This document shows, one piece after another, positions 1-9,013 of a stretch of 64,000 nt of DNA. The translations under genes and the position numbers were made by a program. The first letter of the stretch is position 1. Each line of letters begins with the position of its first letter. Below the pieces are notes generated by a model. It was not told where the DNA came from. It made no database searches and saw only the letters and a list, made by a program, of their open reading frames with translations. This stretch comes from an uncultured bacterium (lineage in GTDB: Bacteria > Patescibacteriota > Minisyncoccia > UBA6257 > 2-01-FULL-56-20), in NCBI GenBank assembly GCA_963719425.1, contig OY970382.1, positions 321,246-385,245 on the forward strand, written 5' to 3'.

Positions 1-44
1 CAAGAGCCACCCAAACCGGAAGGAGCGAGCGTATAATCAAATAT

Positions 45-506
45 ATGAGCAATAAAAAAGAGGTGACCGCCGAGACGGTGCAGTCCTTGCGCGAAGCGAC
101 GGGTGCGGGCGTGATGGATTGCCGCAGGGCGCTTCTTGAGGCGCACGGCGACTTTGGCGCGGCGAAAAAGATCATTCAAGAAAAGGGACTTTTAAAAGTG
201 GAAAAACGCGCGGGCAGGGCGACGGGTGCCGGCCTCATGCATTCCTATGTGCACGGCGGGCGCATCGGCGTCTTGGTGGACCTCCGCGCGGAAACGGACT
301 TCGTAGTCCGCTCGGAGCCGTTCCAGAAGCTCATTCACGAGCTTGCGATGCAGATCGCGGCCGCGGCGCCCGGGAACGTGGAGGAACTCCTCGCGCAGCC
401 CTATATCAAAGACGAATCGCGGACCGTAAAAGACATCGTGAACGATGTGATCGCGAAGGTAGGGGAGAACATCACCGTGAACCAGTTCTCTCGGATAGAG
501 ATATAG
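45..506 (+). CDS. tsf: Elongation factor Ts (short form)
   Basis: N-terminal 'LREATGAGVMDCRRAL' and 'ETDFV' EF-Ts motifs; 153 aa short variant; TATAAT at 32-37 just upstream. Confidence 0.93.
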   Translation: MSNKKEVTAETVQSLREATGAGVMDCRRALLEAHGDFGAAKKIIQEKGLLKVEKRAGRATGAGLMHSYVHGGRIGVLVDLRAETDFVVRSEPFQKLIHELAMQIAAAAPGNVEELLAQPYIKDESRTVKDIVNDVIAKVGENITVNQFSRIEI

Positions 507-537
507 ATGCTGCGCATATATATTTGGTTCGTTCGTC

Positions 538-581
538 AAATGACAAGCTAACTTGTCATTTTCCTCGCTGCCAAATATAAT
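538..581 (+). promoter_or_regulatory. sigma70 promoter (TTGTCA 553-558, 17 bp, TATAAT 576-581) overlapped by a perfect 10-bp inverted repeat AAATGACAAG-N4-CTTGTCATTT (possible operator or tsf terminator)
   Basis: Read directly from the sequence at 538-561 and 576-581. Confidence 0.55.
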
Positions 582-589
582 AGAGAACG

Positions 590-928
590 ATGGCAATGTT
601 CATTTTCACAAGCGTTTTGATGATCTCGCTTTCGGCAGTGCTGTATCTTATGGTCCGCGCCTTGCCGCGGATCGTGGAGGAACCGCCCACCGAAAAACCA
701 GGCTTGCTTGACCGTTGGGCGCATTCCCAGCTGCCGGAGAAATTTGATGCGGCCCTGAATGGTTTTCTTTTGAAGATTCTGCGGCGGCTGAAAGTGCTGA
801 TGCTCAAGATTGACAATGGCTTGAGCAAGCGCTTGGAAAGGGTGAAGCCCGAGGACAATGGCAAGAAGCCGAATATTGATTTTAAGGAAATTGCAGGGCA
901 GAATAAGGAAGGCGAAAGTATTCAATAA
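590..928 (+). CDS. Hypothetical protein with N-terminal TM helix
   Basis: 112-aa ORF, hydrophobic N-terminus, -10 box 8 nt upstream of ATG. Confidence 0.75.
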   Translation: MAMFIFTSVLMISLSAVLYLMVRALPRIVEEPPTEKPGLLDRWAHSQLPEKFDAALNGFLLKILRRLKVLMLKIDNGLSKRLERVKPEDNGKKPNIDFKEIAGQNKEGESIQ

Positions 929-931
929 AAC

Positions 932-1016
932 GCGCAGGTGACGGAGAGGCCAATCGTAGCACGCTGTAAACGTGCCGCCCTTTCGGGCTACGCAGGTTCG
1001 AATCCTGCCCTGCGCA
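932..1016 (+). tRNA. tRNA-Tyr (GTA), CCA not encoded
   Basis: Acceptor GCGCAGG/CCTGCGC+A, anticodon arm GCACG-CTGTAAA-CGTGC, long variable arm, T-arm GCAGG-TTCGAAT-CCTGC. Confidence 0.95.
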
Positions 1017-1039
1017 CAAACAAGTAAGCCAGCATCAAA

Positions 1040-1312
1040 TTTAACAGGGGAAGTCGCCGAAGCAACTTCCCCAAGAGGTAGGGCACAGATCCTCTAGGCC
1101 ACGGCCCCGGCCTTTTGAGCTGTACCATGGTGATCAACTCACTAAGCGGTGGTATCTCACTGACGGCTCAGCGCCACCCGAGAGCAACGCATCGTCGCCT
1201 CCCACCTATTCTGCGGCCTAGCAAATCCCTAGTAGGACCGACGGAAGGGAGTCGAACCCTCCACCAACATTTCATAGGTTCCACATCGTCGTTCCTGTGC
1301 CTACCCAACCCA
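1040..1312 (-). ncRNA. Candidate structured ncRNA: tRNA-like domain (1234-1296) plus 23S rRNA L1-stalk mimic (1137-1226)
   Basis: Minus-strand promoter TTGACA(1347-1342)-17-TAGGTT(1324-1319); closing helix 1295-1305/1077-1088; T-arm GGAGGG-UUCGACU-CCCUUC; L1-stalk signature AUAGGUGGGAGGC...GAGCCGUCAGUGAGAUACCACC; hairpin 1047-1072 at 3' end. Confidence 0.7.
1047..1072. terminator. GC-rich hairpin between tRNA-Tyr and the convergent ncRNA candidate
   Basis: GGGGAAGT(C)GC-CGAA-GC(A)ACTTCCCC. Confidence 0.55.
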
Positions 1313-1417
1313 TTGAAAAACCTATACCTGCCCGCTTACTTTGTCAATACTAGATCGTCCCGCCTGCGCTCAGTCAAGCATTTGTATTTTTCTCCAAATC
1401 TGTTACAGTAATTCTCA

Positions 1418-2686
1418 ATGAGGCGGCATCCGGGCCTTTTTTTGACGATTATCGTTCTCGTCGCGATCGCGGCGGGATTTTTCGTCTATCCGAAGTGGGT
1501 TGGGTCACAGTGGCAGCCGTGGCACCTAGGATTGGACCTTGTGGGGGGCAGCCATCTGGTTTATCAGATTGATCTCTCAAAAGTTGCGGCGACGGACCAG
1601 GATTCCGTCGTACAGGGGCTCCGCGACGTGATTGAAAAACGCGTGAATCTTTTCGGCGTGAGCGAGCCACAGGTCTATACCGCAGAGACGCGGAACCAGG
1701 CGCAGCTCATCGTTGACCTTGCGGGCGTGAAGAATGTGAGCGATGCGATCAACCAAATCGGCCAGACGCCACTTTTGGATTTCCGTGAAGTGCAGCAGAA
1801 CGGTTCAAGCACGCAATACGTTTACACGAACCTCACCGGTGAGTACGTCACGGGCGCGCAGTTGAATTTCAACCAAACGACCGGCGCGGCGGAGGTGCAG
1901 GTCTCGTTCAACGATCAGGGCGCGCAGATTTTTGCGAAGATCACGGCGGCAAACGTAGGGAAACCACTCGCGATTTTTTTGGATAATAATTTGATTGAAG
2001 CGCCAGTGGTGCAGGAAGCGATTCCGAACGGCAAGGCGGTCATCAGCGGCAACTTCACGGTGGATAGCGCCCGCACGCTCGTGGAACGGTTCAATGCCGG
2101 CGCGCTGCCCGCGCCCATCACGCTCATCACCCAGCAAACGGTGAGTCCCTCGCTCGGTGCCGATTCGCTGCGTAAGGTGATTGTGGCGGGCATCGCTGGA
2201 ACACTCCTTGTGATCCTTTTCATGCTTTTTTATTATCGTCTGCTTGGTCTTTTTGCCGCGTTCGCGCTCATCATTTACATTGCGCTCACGCTCGGCGTTT
2301 TCAAAGTTATCCCCATTACCCTAAGCTTGTCCGGGCTCGCGGGCTTTATCCTTACGATTGGCATGGCGGTAGACGCGAACATCCTCATTTTTGAACGTAT
2401 TAAGGAAGAGTTAAAGAGGGGATTGCCGAAATCGTCAGCAATCGAAGAAGGATTCCGGCGCGCCTGGCCGTCCATCCGCGACTCAAACACGTCCACCATC
2501 ATCACGGCGGTCATCCTGTATTATTTCACCTCCAGTTTCGTGCAGGGCTTCGCGCTCACGCTCCTCCTCGGCGTCATTGTAAGTTTGTTCAGCGCGATCA
2601 CGACCACGCGCCTTTTCCTCCGCACGTTTTTAAAGGACGCAAAACCGTCGCGACCGTCTCCGTCGCCCAAACCAGCTGCCGCATAA
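1418..2686 (+). CDS. secD: Protein translocase subunit SecD
   Basis: 'LGLDLVGG', 'GMAVDANILIFERIKEE', 'IRDSN' motifs, multiple TMs. Confidence 0.96.
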   Translation: MRRHPGLFLTIIVLVAIAAGFFVYPKWVGSQWQPWHLGLDLVGGSHLVYQIDLSKVAATDQDSVVQGLRDVIEKRVNLFGVSEPQVYTAETRNQAQLIVDLAGVKNVSDAINQIGQTPLLDFREVQQNGSSTQYVYTNLTGEYVTGAQLNFNQTTGAAEVQVSFNDQGAQIFAKITAANVGKPLAIFLDNNLIEAPVVQEAIPNGKAVISGNFTVDSARTLVERFNAGALPAPITLITQQTVSPSLGADSLRKVIVAGIAGTLLVILFMLFYYRLLGLFAAFALIIYIALTLGVFKVIPITLSLSGLAGFILTIGMAVDANILIFERIKEELKRGLPKSSAIEEGFRRAWPSIRDSNTSTIITAVILYYFTSSFVQGFALTLLLGVIVSLFSAITTTRLFLRTFLKDAKPSRPSPSPKPAAA

Positions 2687-2687
2687 C

Positions 2688-3587
2688 ATGCTCAACATCG
2701 TCGGCCGCAAGAAAATTTGGTTCACGCTGTCCGGCATCCTCGTCGGCCTGGCACTTTTGGCTATCGCATTCTACGGTTTCAAGCAAAGCGCGGAATTTCT
2801 CGGCGGCTCCCTTTGGGAATTCAAAATTCCCGCGAACCAGCCGCAGCTTTCCGATGTGCAGGATTTTTTCGCGAATGATCTTAAGATCGACGGCGCGGAG
2901 ATAACGCTTGACACCACGAACCAATCCTTTCTTGCGCGTTTCAATATCGTAGACGAAGCGGCACATGAACGATATTTGAGCGCGTTGCAAAGCAAGTGGC
3001 CCTCCTTCACGGAGTTGAGCTTCTCGTCCATCGGTCCTACGATCGGCGCTAGTTTGAAGAAAAATGCGCTCATTGCGATCGGACTCGTCCTCGTCGGCAT
3101 TTCCCTCTATATCGCCTTCGCGTTCCGGAAAGCATCGCGGCCGGTGAGCTCATGGAAATACGGATGGGTCACCCTTCTCACGCTCTTCCACGACGTCTCC
3201 ATTCCGGCGGGATTGCTCGCGGTGCTCGGACGTTTTAAGGGCGTGGAGATTGATACGAATTTCATCGTGGCGCTCTTGGTCGTCATGGGTTTTTCGGTGC
3301 ACGACACGATCGTCGTGTTTGACCGTATCCGCGAAAATCTGATCACGCACCGCGGGAAGTCCAGCTTCACCACTATTGTGAATGACAGCGTCAATCAGAC
3401 GCTTGCGCGGTCCATCAACACGTCCCTCACGCTCATTCTTGTGCTCCTCGCGCTCTATTTTGCAGGTCCTGTCGACCTTCAATACTTCGTTCTTACTCTT
3501 CTCGTGGGAGTAACTACTGGCATCTATTCTTCCATCTTTATCGCGAGCCCCGCCCTCGTGCTTTTGAAACCGAGGGGTGTGGATTGA
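2688..3587 (+). CDS. secF: Protein translocase subunit SecF
   Basis: 'FHDV', 'GFSVHDTIVVFDRIREN', 'RSINTS', 'GIYSSIFIA' motifs; follows secD. Confidence 0.96.
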   Translation: MLNIVGRKKIWFTLSGILVGLALLAIAFYGFKQSAEFLGGSLWEFKIPANQPQLSDVQDFFANDLKIDGAEITLDTTNQSFLARFNIVDEAAHERYLSALQSKWPSFTELSFSSIGPTIGASLKKNALIAIGLVLVGISLYIAFAFRKASRPVSSWKYGWVTLLTLFHDVSIPAGLLAVLGRFKGVEIDTNFIVALLVVMGFSVHDTIVVFDRIRENLITHRGKSSFTTIVNDSVNQTLARSINTSLTLILVLLALYFAGPVDLQYFVLTLLVGVTTGIYSSIFIASPALVLLKPRGVD

Positions 3588-3628
3588 CATACTTGCTAAA
3601 AAAGTACTGATAAGTTATAATAACCCTA

Positions 3629-4669
3629 ATGACTTCGGCAGCGAAAATTGTTGATGCGACACTTGCAAACCTAAAGCCCCGCCAGAAAGAGGTGCTTCAG
3701 GCCCGTTTTGGCTTGGCCAAAGAGGGTGAGGGGCAGGGGGAAACCCTAGCCGCGATCGGCGATCGGCTGAAGGTAACGCGGGAGCGCGTGCGGCAGATAG
3801 AATCAAGCGGCATCACGCTTGCGAAAGCGAACATTTTGAAGAGTTCTGACGCGGCCGGGTTCCTGGATAAAGTGAAAAAATATCTCGCGACGCGCGGCGG
3901 CGTGGCGAGGAAGCCGGAGGTGCTCCAGTACGCGGCGACGCTTGCGAGGGGCGTGCGCGAAAACCAGCTTGATTTCCTTGCTGCGGTTTCCGATGCCTTT
4001 AAGGCATATCGTGAGGATGATGATTTCATCCCGTTTTATTACTCTGGCGACAAGGAGCTCAAGGAAGCAAAAACTTTTGTGGACGGCTGGGTGAATTTCT
4101 TGAACGCGCATAAGGAAAAAGTGCTTGGTGGTGGGGCGTATCAAACCCAGCTTGCGAGCTTCGTGAAGACAAAGGCGGTTGGCGACACGGTCGCAGAAAA
4201 TTATTTGAGCGTGATAAAGCATATCCACAAGAATCCGTATGGCGACATGGGTCTCCGTGATTGGGCGGAGATCCGGCCGACGACCGTGCGCGACAAGATC
4301 TATCTTGTCCTGAAGAAGCACGGCGAGCCGCTGCACTTTGAGGATATCGCCCGTCATATCAACAAGGTTGGTTTTGACGAACAGGAAGCGCTCGCGCCGA
4401 CGGTGCATAACGAGCTGATCAAAGACGATCGATTCGTTTTGGTCGGGCGAGGCATGTATGGTCTTCGCGAACATGGCTATGAGCCGGGCACCGCGCGCGA
4501 AGTGATCGCAAAGGTGTTGAAAAGTGTGGGCCCACTCCGGCCGACGGACGTTGTGACGCACGTGAACAAACAGCGTTTCTTCAAACCGAATACGATCCTT
4601 ATCAATCTGCAGAATCGTAATTTTTTTGAGCGGCTGCCCGACGGTCGGTACCGCGTCCGCGAAGCATAG
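3629..4669 (+). CDS. Sigma-70 region-4 HTH plus HARE-HTH-like (RNAP delta-like) domain protein
   Basis: N-terminal 'RQKEVLQARFGL...TLAAIGDRLKVTRERVRQIE' sigma region 4; C-terminal wHTH 'PLHF..I...TVHNELIKDDRFVLVGRGMYGL'. Confidence 0.75.
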   Translation: MTSAAKIVDATLANLKPRQKEVLQARFGLAKEGEGQGETLAAIGDRLKVTRERVRQIESSGITLAKANILKSSDAAGFLDKVKKYLATRGGVARKPEVLQYAATLARGVRENQLDFLAAVSDAFKAYREDDDFIPFYYSGDKELKEAKTFVDGWVNFLNAHKEKVLGGGAYQTQLASFVKTKAVGDTVAENYLSVIKHIHKNPYGDMGLRDWAEIRPTTVRDKIYLVLKKHGEPLHFEDIARHINKVGFDEQEALAPTVHNELIKDDRFVLVGRGMYGLREHGYEPGTAREVIAKVLKSVGPLRPTDVVTHVNKQRFFKPNTILINLQNRNFFERLPDGRYRVREA

Positions 4670-4719
4670 CGCGGCGCCGGCTTCCGTCTTCGCCTCTGCT
4701 CCCATCTCCGCCTCCGCCA

Positions 4720-5406
4720 ATGACCCGGTTCCATCTCCTCACGATTTTCCCTGAAATTTTCGATTCCTATCTCAAGGAATCTTTTTTGAAAAAAGCACAG
4801 GAAAAGAAACTGATTACGATTACGCCGCACAATCTGCGCGATTTCACGAGCGACAAGCATCGGAAGGTAGACGACCGGCCGTTTGGTGGCGGGCCGGGGA
4901 TGGTTCTTAAAGTGGAGCCCATTTACAAAGCGATTCGCGCCATTGTGCAAAAGTCGCGCGTTGCCCCGCGTAAGCGATGGGTCATTTTGTTCTCGCTCCG
5001 CGGAAAGAAGCTTGACGCGAAGGTATCGCGGCGGCTCGCAAAATACGACGAGCTTGTTTTGATCTGCGGCCGCTACGAAGGCGTGGATGAACGGGTGGCG
5101 CGATACGTCGCGGATGAAGAGATCTCAATAGGGGACTATGTGCTCTCCGGCGGCGAACTCCCCGCACTCGTCCTCATGGAATCCGTCTGTCGGTTCATCC
5201 CCGGCTTTTTGGGGAAACAGGAATCGCTTGAGGATTTTAAGGGCTCCTATCCCACATACACCCGCCCGGAGGTTTTTATAGCGAAGAAAAACGGTGCGGT
5301 GAAGAAGAATAGTACGAAAGGAAAAGCGCAAAAGTGGAGTGTGCCGAAAATGCTTCTCTCCGGCGACCACAAAAAGATCGCCGAGTGGCGCCGTGGGAAG
5401 CATTAA
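4720..5406 (+). CDS. trmD: tRNA (guanine-N1)-methyltransferase
   Basis: 'VDDRPFGGGPGMV', 'ICGRYEGVDER', 'SIGDYVLSGGE'. Confidence 0.97.
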   Translation: MTRFHLLTIFPEIFDSYLKESFLKKAQEKKLITITPHNLRDFTSDKHRKVDDRPFGGGPGMVLKVEPIYKAIRAIVQKSRVAPRKRWVILFSLRGKKLDAKVSRRLAKYDELVLICGRYEGVDERVARYVADEEISIGDYVLSGGELPALVLMESVCRFIPGFLGKQESLEDFKGSYPTYTRPEVFIAKKNGAVKKNSTKGKAQKWSVPKMLLSGDHKKIAEWRRGKH

Positions 5407-5441
5407 GAAACGGCCGCTCCCGTTCTGTTAGAATAAAAGAC

Positions 5442-7217
5442 ATGGATCGGGAAACCAGGATCTGCCAGAATTGCAAATCTTCGTTCGTCATTGCGCCCGA
5501 GGACTTCACGTTCTATGAAAAGATCAAGGTCCCGCCGCCCACATGGTGTCCGGAGTGCCGCATGGCCAGAAAAATGGCCTTTCGCAACGAACGGACGCTT
5601 TACCGACAATCGTGCGCTTTGTGCGGCAGGAATGTTCTTTCAATGTATGCACAGGACACACCGCTTACTGTTTATTGCACGGAGTGCTGGTGGTCCGACA
5701 AGTGGGATCCGCTGAGTTATGGACGAGCCTACAATTTTTCTCAAAATTTCTTTGATCAATTTCGAAGGCTTTTTAATGCCATTCCGCGTGCGAATCTTTA
5801 TCAAACGCTCGTAGTTGATAGTCTTTATTCCAATTATGCTATCAACGTGAAAAATGGCTATATGGTTTTCGGGGGCCATGATTACGAAGATTGCTTATAC
5901 GCCGGACAGTGTAGTTTCGTCAAAGATTCTATTGATGTTTCCTTCAGTAGAAATTCTGAGATGTGTGCTTCATCAATCGATCTGTGGCGTTGCTCAAAAG
6001 TTTTTTTCAGTCGCTACGCCGAAGATTGTTCAGATTCTTATTTTCTCTTTGACTGCCGTAATTGCACCAATTGTTTTGGGTGCGCCAACCTGAGAAATAA
6101 ATCCTATTATATCTTTAATGAACCGTATTCAAAGGATGGATATTTTTCAAAATTAAAAGAGCTGAATATCGGCAGTTTTAAATCTTTAAAAGGGCTGGAG
6201 GGTAGAGTTTATGAATTTTGGTTGAAGTTTCCACGCCATTTCGCCAATATCAGAAATTCCAGAAATTGCATTGGCGATAATATTCATAATTCCAAAGATT
6301 GCTATTATTGTTTTGATGTTTATAAGGATATTGATAACTGCCGATATTCGTTTTTCTTACCCGACAACGGACGAGATTGTTATGATTCAGATCACACTGG
6401 CGTCAATTCAGAACTGATGTATGAGGTCATGAGCACAAGTTACGACGCCAAGGTCATAGCAAGCAATCGTATTTACAGTTGCCATGATATCTACTATTCC
6501 GACGATTGCCATAATTCCCAGAATCTTTTTGGCTGCATCGGTTTAAAGAAAAAGGAATATTGCATTTTGAACAAGCAGTATACCAGAGAGGAATATGAGG
6601 GTCTGGTGCCAAGAATTAAGGATCAAATGATGGCAATTTCTTACACTGATAAAGTTGGGAGGGTTTATAAATTCGGCGAGTTTTTCCCTATTGATTTCAG
6701 CCCGTTTGCTTATAACGAGACCTTGGGTCGGGAATACTTCCCGATAAGTAAGCGAGGAGCGATTGAGCGGGGTTATTCTTGGCGGGAGCCGGCAGCTAAA
6801 AATTATCAAATAACTATTAAGCCAGATCAGTTGCCAGATATTACTAGAGATGCGGCCAATTCAATGATTAATGAAATAATCGGTTGCGACCACAGGGGAG
6901 AATGTGCCGAGCAATGCACCACGGCTTTTCGTATTGTCCAAGAAGAATTGGATTTTTACCGTAAAATGAGCCTGCCTCTGCCCAGACTTTGTCCCAACTG
7001 CAGACATTATGGGCGCCTCAAGCAGCGGAATCCTTTAAAGTTGTGGCACCGAAAATGTACTTGTGCGGGCGCAAAATCAGAAAATGGCGCGTACGAGAAC
7101 TCCGCATCGCATTTCCACAGTTCCAGCCATTGTCCCAATGAGTTTGAAACCACCTACGCCGCGGACCGACCCGAGACCGTCTATTGCGAGCAATGCTACA
7201 ACGCGGAGGTGGTATGA
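5442..7217 (+). CDS. Cys-rich multi-zinc-ribbon/repeat protein, paralog 1 of 4
   Basis: Start reassigned to ATG 5442 (MDRETRICQNC) by paralog alignment and TAGAAT at 5429-5434; CxxC pairs, duplicated 'FGCxxLxxKxYxIxNxxY' motif, C-terminal 'VYCEQCY'. Confidence 0.85.
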   Translation: MDRETRICQNCKSSFVIAPEDFTFYEKIKVPPPTWCPECRMARKMAFRNERTLYRQSCALCGRNVLSMYAQDTPLTVYCTECWWSDKWDPLSYGRAYNFSQNFFDQFRRLFNAIPRANLYQTLVVDSLYSNYAINVKNGYMVFGGHDYEDCLYAGQCSFVKDSIDVSFSRNSEMCASSIDLWRCSKVFFSRYAEDCSDSYFLFDCRNCTNCFGCANLRNKSYYIFNEPYSKDGYFSKLKELNIGSFKSLKGLEGRVYEFWLKFPRHFANIRNSRNCIGDNIHNSKDCYYCFDVYKDIDNCRYSFFLPDNGRDCYDSDHTGVNSELMYEVMSTSYDAKVIASNRIYSCHDIYYSDDCHNSQNLFGCIGLKKKEYCILNKQYTREEYEGLVPRIKDQMMAISYTDKVGRVYKFGEFFPIDFSPFAYNETLGREYFPISKRGAIERGYSWREPAAKNYQITIKPDQLPDITRDAANSMINEIIGCDHRGECAEQCTTAFRIVQEELDFYRKMSLPLPRLCPNCRHYGRLKQRNPLKLWHRKCTCAGAKSENGAYENSASHFHSSSHCPNEFETTYAADRPETVYCEQCYNAEVV

Positions 7218-9004
7218 CATTAGCCATGAATACCGAAATCAAAACCTGCCAAAACTGCGAATCCTCGTTCGCGATTGAACCCGAGGATTTTGATTTCTAT
7301 AAACGGATAACCGTCCCGCCGCCGACGTGGTGTCCGGAGTGCAGGATGATTCGCAGGCTGTCGCACAGAAATGAACGCAGCCTCCATCGCCGCATGTGTA
7401 GCGCCCCGGGGCACACGGAGGAAATCATCTCTATTTACGATGCGAGCGACGCTTCTCCCGCATACGACTACGAGTATTGGTGGAGCGATACATGGGATCC
7501 GCTGGCATACGGTGCGCTGTATGATTTTGGAAAAGATTTCTTTTCGCAGTGGCGCGACCTCCGAAATCGCGTGCCGCGTCTTGCTCTTTCCAATTCACGG
7601 GCCACGAACAGTGAGTATTGCAACGTAAACGACAAAAGCAAGGACTGCTATATGATTTCTGCCGCATATGAGAACGAGCACGTTCTCTACTCTAATCGCG
7701 TTTCCTACAGCAAGGATTCGGCAGACTGCTATATCCTTAACAAAGGCGAATTATGCTATGGAAATGTAGCGTGCACTGACTCCTACCGACTTCTTTTTAG
7801 CATACGATCCAAAAACTGCACCAACTCCGCATTTTTGTACGATTGTGATAATTGTCAGGACTGCTTCGGATGCATTAATCTGCGCAACAAGCGCTTCTGC
7901 CTGTTCAACGAGCAACTTACCAAGGAAGAATTTCTCAAGCAATCCAAGCGATTTGATCTGCGGAGTTTTTCAGCAATTGAAAGGGCAGCATCGCGTTTTC
8001 GCGAACTTTCTGCGCGGGCCATCCATAGGCACGCCACTCTTATTTCTACGGTGGATTCCACTGGCGACAATCTCTCTCAATGCAAACATTGCAGGAATTG
8101 TTTTGATTTTGACAGGGCCGAAGAATGTAAATTCTGTAATTGGGGAGGATTTGTCGTTAAAGATACTTATGATGCAAACGGGGTCGTCGACGTTTCGGAG
8201 CTTTTGTACGAAACGTTTGACGAGGTCCGAGGCTCACGCATTCTTTTTTCAAGCGTTGTCTACGACTCGCATGATATTGCCTATTCTATGAATTGCTATA
8301 ATTCCAACAATTTGTTCGGCTGCGTCGGATTGCGGAAGAAACAGTACTGCATATTAAACCGGCAATATTCTAAGGAAGAGTACGAATCCCTCGTCCCCAA
8401 AATCATTTCGCATATGTACACCCAGCCATATCGCGACAGTCGAGGCCTAGTATATACCTACGGAGAGTTTTTCCCTCCCGAATTGTCCGCCTTCGGCTAC
8501 AATGAAACCGTCGCGCATGATTTGGTAAGAATGTCGCAAGAAGAAGCACGGGCAGCGGGATTTCGATGGCGGGAATCTTCCGAGAGAAGCTATACAGTGA
8601 GCATACAAGCCGCGCAACTTCCTGACAGTCTCGACAGGGTGGAAGATTCGATTACCAAAGAGGTAATCGGCTGTAGCCATGGAGGAAAATGTGATGATCA
8701 ATGCACTACTGCGTTTCGCGTTATTCCCGACGAACTTCAATTGTATAGAAATCTAGGCGTGGCTCTTCCAAGGATGTGCTTCAATTGCCGTCACCATGCG
8801 CGCCTTCGCGAGAGGAATCCCTTAAAACTCTGGCGGCGCAAGTGCCGATGTGCAGGCGCAAAGTCAGAAGCTGATATTTATTTGAATACTACTGGCCATT
8901 TCCACGGCGCAGAACATTGTCCCAACGAGTTTGAAACCCCGTATGCTCCTAACCGCCCTGAGATTGTCTATTGCGAGCAGTGCTACCAGGCGGAGGTGGT
9001 ATAA
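7214..9004 (+). CDS. Cys-rich multi-zinc-ribbon/repeat protein, paralog 2 of 4
   Basis: ATG 7214 overlaps the TGA of paralog 1 (alternative start 7226); same motif set. Confidence 0.85.
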   Translation: MTLAMNTEIKTCQNCESSFAIEPEDFDFYKRITVPPPTWCPECRMIRRLSHRNERSLHRRMCSAPGHTEEIISIYDASDASPAYDYEYWWSDTWDPLAYGALYDFGKDFFSQWRDLRNRVPRLALSNSRATNSEYCNVNDKSKDCYMISAAYENEHVLYSNRVSYSKDSADCYILNKGELCYGNVACTDSYRLLFSIRSKNCTNSAFLYDCDNCQDCFGCINLRNKRFCLFNEQLTKEEFLKQSKRFDLRSFSAIERAASRFRELSARAIHRHATLISTVDSTGDNLSQCKHCRNCFDFDRAEECKFCNWGGFVVKDTYDANGVVDVSELLYETFDEVRGSRILFSSVVYDSHDIAYSMNCYNSNNLFGCVGLRKKQYCILNRQYSKEEYESLVPKIISHMYTQPYRDSRGLVYTYGEFFPPELSAFGYNETVAHDLVRMSQEEARAAGFRWRESSERSYTVSIQAAQLPDSLDRVEDSITKEVIGCSHGGKCDDQCTTAFRVIPDELQLYRNLGVALPRMCFNCRHHARLRERNPLKLWRRKCRCAGAKSEADIYLNTTGHFHGAEHCPNEFETPYAPNRPEIVYCEQCYQAEVV

Positions 9005-9013
9005 CTAAAAACA

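Noticed and set aside
1137-1226. A 23S rRNA gene
   Set aside because: Only about 90 nt match the L1 stalk and the flanks are not rRNA-like, so it is not annotated as rRNA.
1021-1341. RNase P RNA or tmRNA as the identity of the 1040-1312 element; 8-bp IR AAGTAAGC/GCTTACTT flanking it
   Set aside because: No GAGGAAAGUCC core, no G3.U70 acceptor with CCA end and no tag frame. The 8-bp IR is too short to call a mobile-element end.
1115-1411. 98-aa plus-strand ORF
   Set aside because: TTG start, no recognisable motifs; it is the antisense of the structured RNA candidate and its promoter.
4670-4719. Degenerate pyrimidine-rich hexamer repeats upstream of trmD
   Set aside because: Short low-complexity tract with no supportable function.
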